Made by a program: the position numbers and the translations under genes. A stretch of DNA of 64,000 nucleotides from positions 25,574-89,573 of the forward strand of contig CAZWUJ010000013.1 of the NCBI GenBank assembly GCA_964636705.1, given 5' to 3'. The stretch's first letter is position 1. Each line of letters opens with the position of its first letter. The notes under the pieces were generated by a model. The model did no database searches. It was not told where the DNA came from and saw only the letters and a program-made list of their open reading frames with translations. Below, in pieces: positions 61,714 to 64,000 of this stretch. The DNA is from an uncultured Vicinamibacteraceae bacterium. Lineage in GTDB: Bacteria > Acidobacteriota > Vicinamibacteria > Vicinamibacterales > UBA8438.

Positions 61714-64000
61714 CAAGTCTCTATCTCTATCGGCACACCGATCTGGTTCGCGACCTCCGTCCGCAGGTCCACGTTTACGTCTGGTGCACGTATGCTGACG
61801 ATCAGCGCATATCGCGCGGCCTGGTCGTACCTCTCGAGGGCCTGGCGGGTCTTCCACCAGCCCACCGCGGGGTAGACGGCGAGACACCCCCGACTCGCAA
61901 GGTCGGCTGCGCTACCTCGCCAGATGTCGCCATGCAGTGAACCTCGGTGACGGGTCTGCTTTCCAATAAGCCACTCGGGATCGTTGCCGTGCCCGGCGTG
62001 GGTCCCCTCCTCCTCGTTCCGTGCGGCCGCATTGATCCGCGTCCGGAAGTCATCGACCGACTCGTGCGGGCGCTTGACGTCGAAACGGAGACCATGGGAC
62101 TCGTAGCGGTACCGCGAACGCATCCCACGCCGTGACGGGTTCGGCTCGATGAAATAAGACAGGGTGATTCGCATCTCCACCTGCGTTGCTCCGAGGCCCT
62201 CCAGCGCTTCGCGTGGCCAAGGCAGGTTGTAGAGATGCATGTCCCGAAGCTTCGGTTGGTTCGATCCTTCACGCCGAAACGGATGCAGACGCTCCTCGAT
62301 CACCATCGCCAACGAGTTGTCGACACTCCAGAGCGCACGCTCAAGATCTGGAACTCCGAAGCCACAGCGCTGTACCAGATTTCGGTAGTGAGCCTTCGTG
62401 GCCGCGCCGGTTGTGGGCAACGAGGCTCGTCGCATGGCCTCGGTCCACTCCGCCGAATGCACGATCAGAGCGCGGACGGTCTCGGGCCACAACGTCGGAT
62501 AGGCGACCATGATTCGGGCAGCAAGCCGCGCAGCCAGCGCCATCGCCGCGCTCGTCGCGTTGGTCGTAGTGAAGATCCGTTCTGCGGGACGGTAATGCGT
62601 CGTCAGTAGGCTGAGGCTGTCCGCCGTCACTGCCGAGAGCAAGTCCTTGGCCGCATTGCCGCCTTCGAGCACCACGTCCGGCTTCAGCGGCCAGTACTTC
62701 TCCCAGGTAAGCGAGGTGGTGCTGAACGGGCTCAGACCTCCTCGTGGTGCGACCGGTGCGTAGTTTGCTGTGTCGGGCTCAGTAATCCGAACCAGTTCTG
62801 TGAACGCCCCTACCGTCAGTGCATTCCAAGCCTGCGCGGGATCATGCACGCCGTCGGTGTCATTCGAATACGGGTAGTTGCGCCATGCATCTGAATCCTG
62901 GACGTTCCCGGCCGACTGGACAAGCAGGCGCGGACGCTCGCCTGCCGCATCGGCGTCGGCCGCCAGTGCGTCCACGGCTGCCGACCACGCCGACGGGCGG
63001 CCTCGGTCGCGGTCGTCACGAGCCGTAACGGCCATGCCGAATACTCGAGGTCGCCTCGGAGCAGCGATCTCCGGACGCGCGACGGCTTCGACGGTGACGA
63101 AGCCGTGGTGCCGCGAGTCTCCGCCGCCCCCTGGCCCCGGTAGCAGCTTGACCGATTCCAGGCGGTGGTCGAGCACGACGATATCGTTGGCGTCGACAAG
63201 CGTCGTCAGATCCCCGGCAAGTGCGACGCCGGCCATCTGCGTCCCGTGGCCGTGCGTATCGTTCGTGCCCCAACCCGGCTCGACGGTGTGCAGATCTCCG
63301 GGGTCAAGTGCTCGCTGCAGAAATCGGTGACCGCGATTGACTCCTGTGTCGAGCAAACAAACGCGCGGCACCTCGTCAGCATCGGCAGGGAACTGGGTCC
63401 GCGCAAGCAGATCGTCGAGCCATTCCTGCTGCTCTTCGGGCCGCAGGGAGTCGAAGAACTCGGCTGTCTCCTTCGCCCGTCGAAGCTCCGCGATACTGTT
63501 GAGCGTCAGCATCGAGTGCTGCATCTGCTCCAGTGAAGCGGACACCAGTAGCACGGTGCGCTCGGGAAAGACCAACTCGCCTGGAACAAGGCGCATCCCC
63601 TGGGCTTCTGCTTGTCCTCGAAAGGACTCGACTACCGCCTGCCGGTCTCTCCGAACCGGCAGCCACACTTCCCACCAGAGTGAGCCTTCATCCTCTGTCG
63701 GGAACTCCGTAGCCGTGTCGGTCCACAGTGCTCGAAGACTCGCAGCACGAATCTCCTGAATCGCATCGACGAGCTTCCTGTTGTCGCGAGCGCGTCCGAT
63801 GCTGTCCCGCCGTTCTTCCAGATAGTGACGGACGAGCCGCTCGAAGTGATCGAGCTTTCCGTCGGGCACGAAAACGGTTGCGAACGTTCGATTGCCGGCT
63901 CGCCGGACGTTGAGCAGCTCTATCCCAGACCGCTCGCGCGCCAAGCTCTCGAAGGCCGGCTCGATGTCGGGAAAGCTCTGGAACTCGACGCGGAGGCCCA
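61713..64000 (-). CDS. S8 (subtilisin-like) serine peptidase with a large N-terminal domain; 5' end outside the window
   Basis: Catalytic 'CLLDTGVNRGH', 'HGHGTQMAG', 'SAGN' and 'NATSAAMALAA'. The frame stays open upstream of the TTG at 63944 to the window edge. Confidence 0.8.
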   Translation of the reverse strand, partial: GLRVEFQSFPDIEPAFESLARERSGIELLNVRRAGNRTFATVFVPDGKLDHFERLVRHYLEERRDSIGRARDNRKLVDAIQEIRAASLRALWTDTATEFPTEDEGSLWWEVWLPVRRDRQAVVESFRGQAEAQGMRLVPGELVFPERTVLLVSASLEQMQHSMLTLNSIAELRRAKETAEFFDSLRPEEQQEWLDDLLARTQFPADADEVPRVCLLDTGVNRGHRFLQRALDPGDLHTVEPGWGTNDTHGHGTQMAGVALAGDLTTLVDANDIVVLDHRLESVKLLPGPGGGGDSRHHGFVTVEAVARPEIAAPRRPRVFGMAVTARDDRDRGRPSAWSAAVDALAADADAAGERPRLLVQSAGNVQDSDAWRNYPYSNDTDGVHDPAQAWNALTVGAFTELVRITEPDTANYAPVAPRGGLSPFSTTSLTWEKYWPLKPDVVLEGGNAAKDLLSAVTADSLSLLTTHYRPAERIFTTTNATSAAMALAARLAARIMVAYPTLWPETVRALIVHSAEWTEAMRRASLPTTGAATKAHYRNLVQRCGFGVPDLERALWSVDNSLAMVIEERLHPFRREGSNQPKLRDMHLYNLPWPREALEGLGATQVEMRITLSYFIEPNPSRRGMRSRYRYESHGLRFDVKRPHESVDDFRTRINAAARNEEEGTHAGHGNDPEWLIGKQTRHRGSLHGDIWRGSAADLASRGCLAVYPAVGWWKTRQALERYDQAARYALIVSIRAPDVNVDLRTEVANQIGVPIEIET

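Noticed and set aside
1-64000. Scan of intergenic gaps for tRNA, rRNA or tmRNA genes
   Set aside because: None of the gaps (for example 1564-1738, 10837-11128, 12230-12462, 29247-29490, 45896-46132 and 59036-59319) shows cloverleaf-compatible stems or conserved T-loop (GTTCRA) context by eye. A tRNAscan/Infernal run would be needed to be definitive.

Overview
High-GC bacterial chromosomal segment, roughly two-thirds G+C by eye. I recognised no rRNA, tRNA or CRISPR array. Long antisense shadow ORFs are common and were discounted. Positions 1-45 kb are mostly core and envelope genes. These include a HupE/UreJ-like protein, two PQQ-type beta-propeller proteins, an amidohydrolase, a multicopper oxidase, an AbiEi/AbiEii toxin-antitoxin pair, a cold-shock protein and a sodium:solute symporter. 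They continue with a decayed TonB-dependent receptor next to an intact PepSY protein, an M28/PDZ peptidase, the large helicase Lhr, a hybrid histidine kinase with an REC/RsbW-like regulator, a DUF349 protein and two cyclophilins. The block ends with an ACP / acyl-AMP ligase / acyltransferase fusion, type IIA topoisomerase subunits A and B, a Nudix hydrolase, a MATE exporter, a Cys/Met PLP enzyme and a GNAT. A 23-nt GC-rich hairpin repeat (GCCGGCCTGGAGGCCGGCGGACC) forms short arrays at five loci. One array lies in-frame inside lhr. Positions 45-64 kb are an accessory defence/toxin-antitoxin island. It carries three apparently intact multi-gene modules that I cannot assign to a named system: (1) a PHP-domain / SMC-like ABC ATPase with an AlbA_2/HATPase_c_4 protein; (2) a small ORF, a ParB/Srx-like protein, an unknown 332-aa protein and a DNA methyltransferase; (3) an S8 peptidase, partial at the window edge, with a UvrD-like helicase that has a RelE/ParE-like N-terminus. 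These modules are embedded in gene debris: pieces of a type III-like restriction-modification system, AAA-ATPase/DUF4276 remnants, Mrr cut by an IS remnant, a VapC pseudogene, HicB and DUF433 fragments, and a duplicated GNAT segment. All functional calls come from motif recognition by eye and were not checked against any database.
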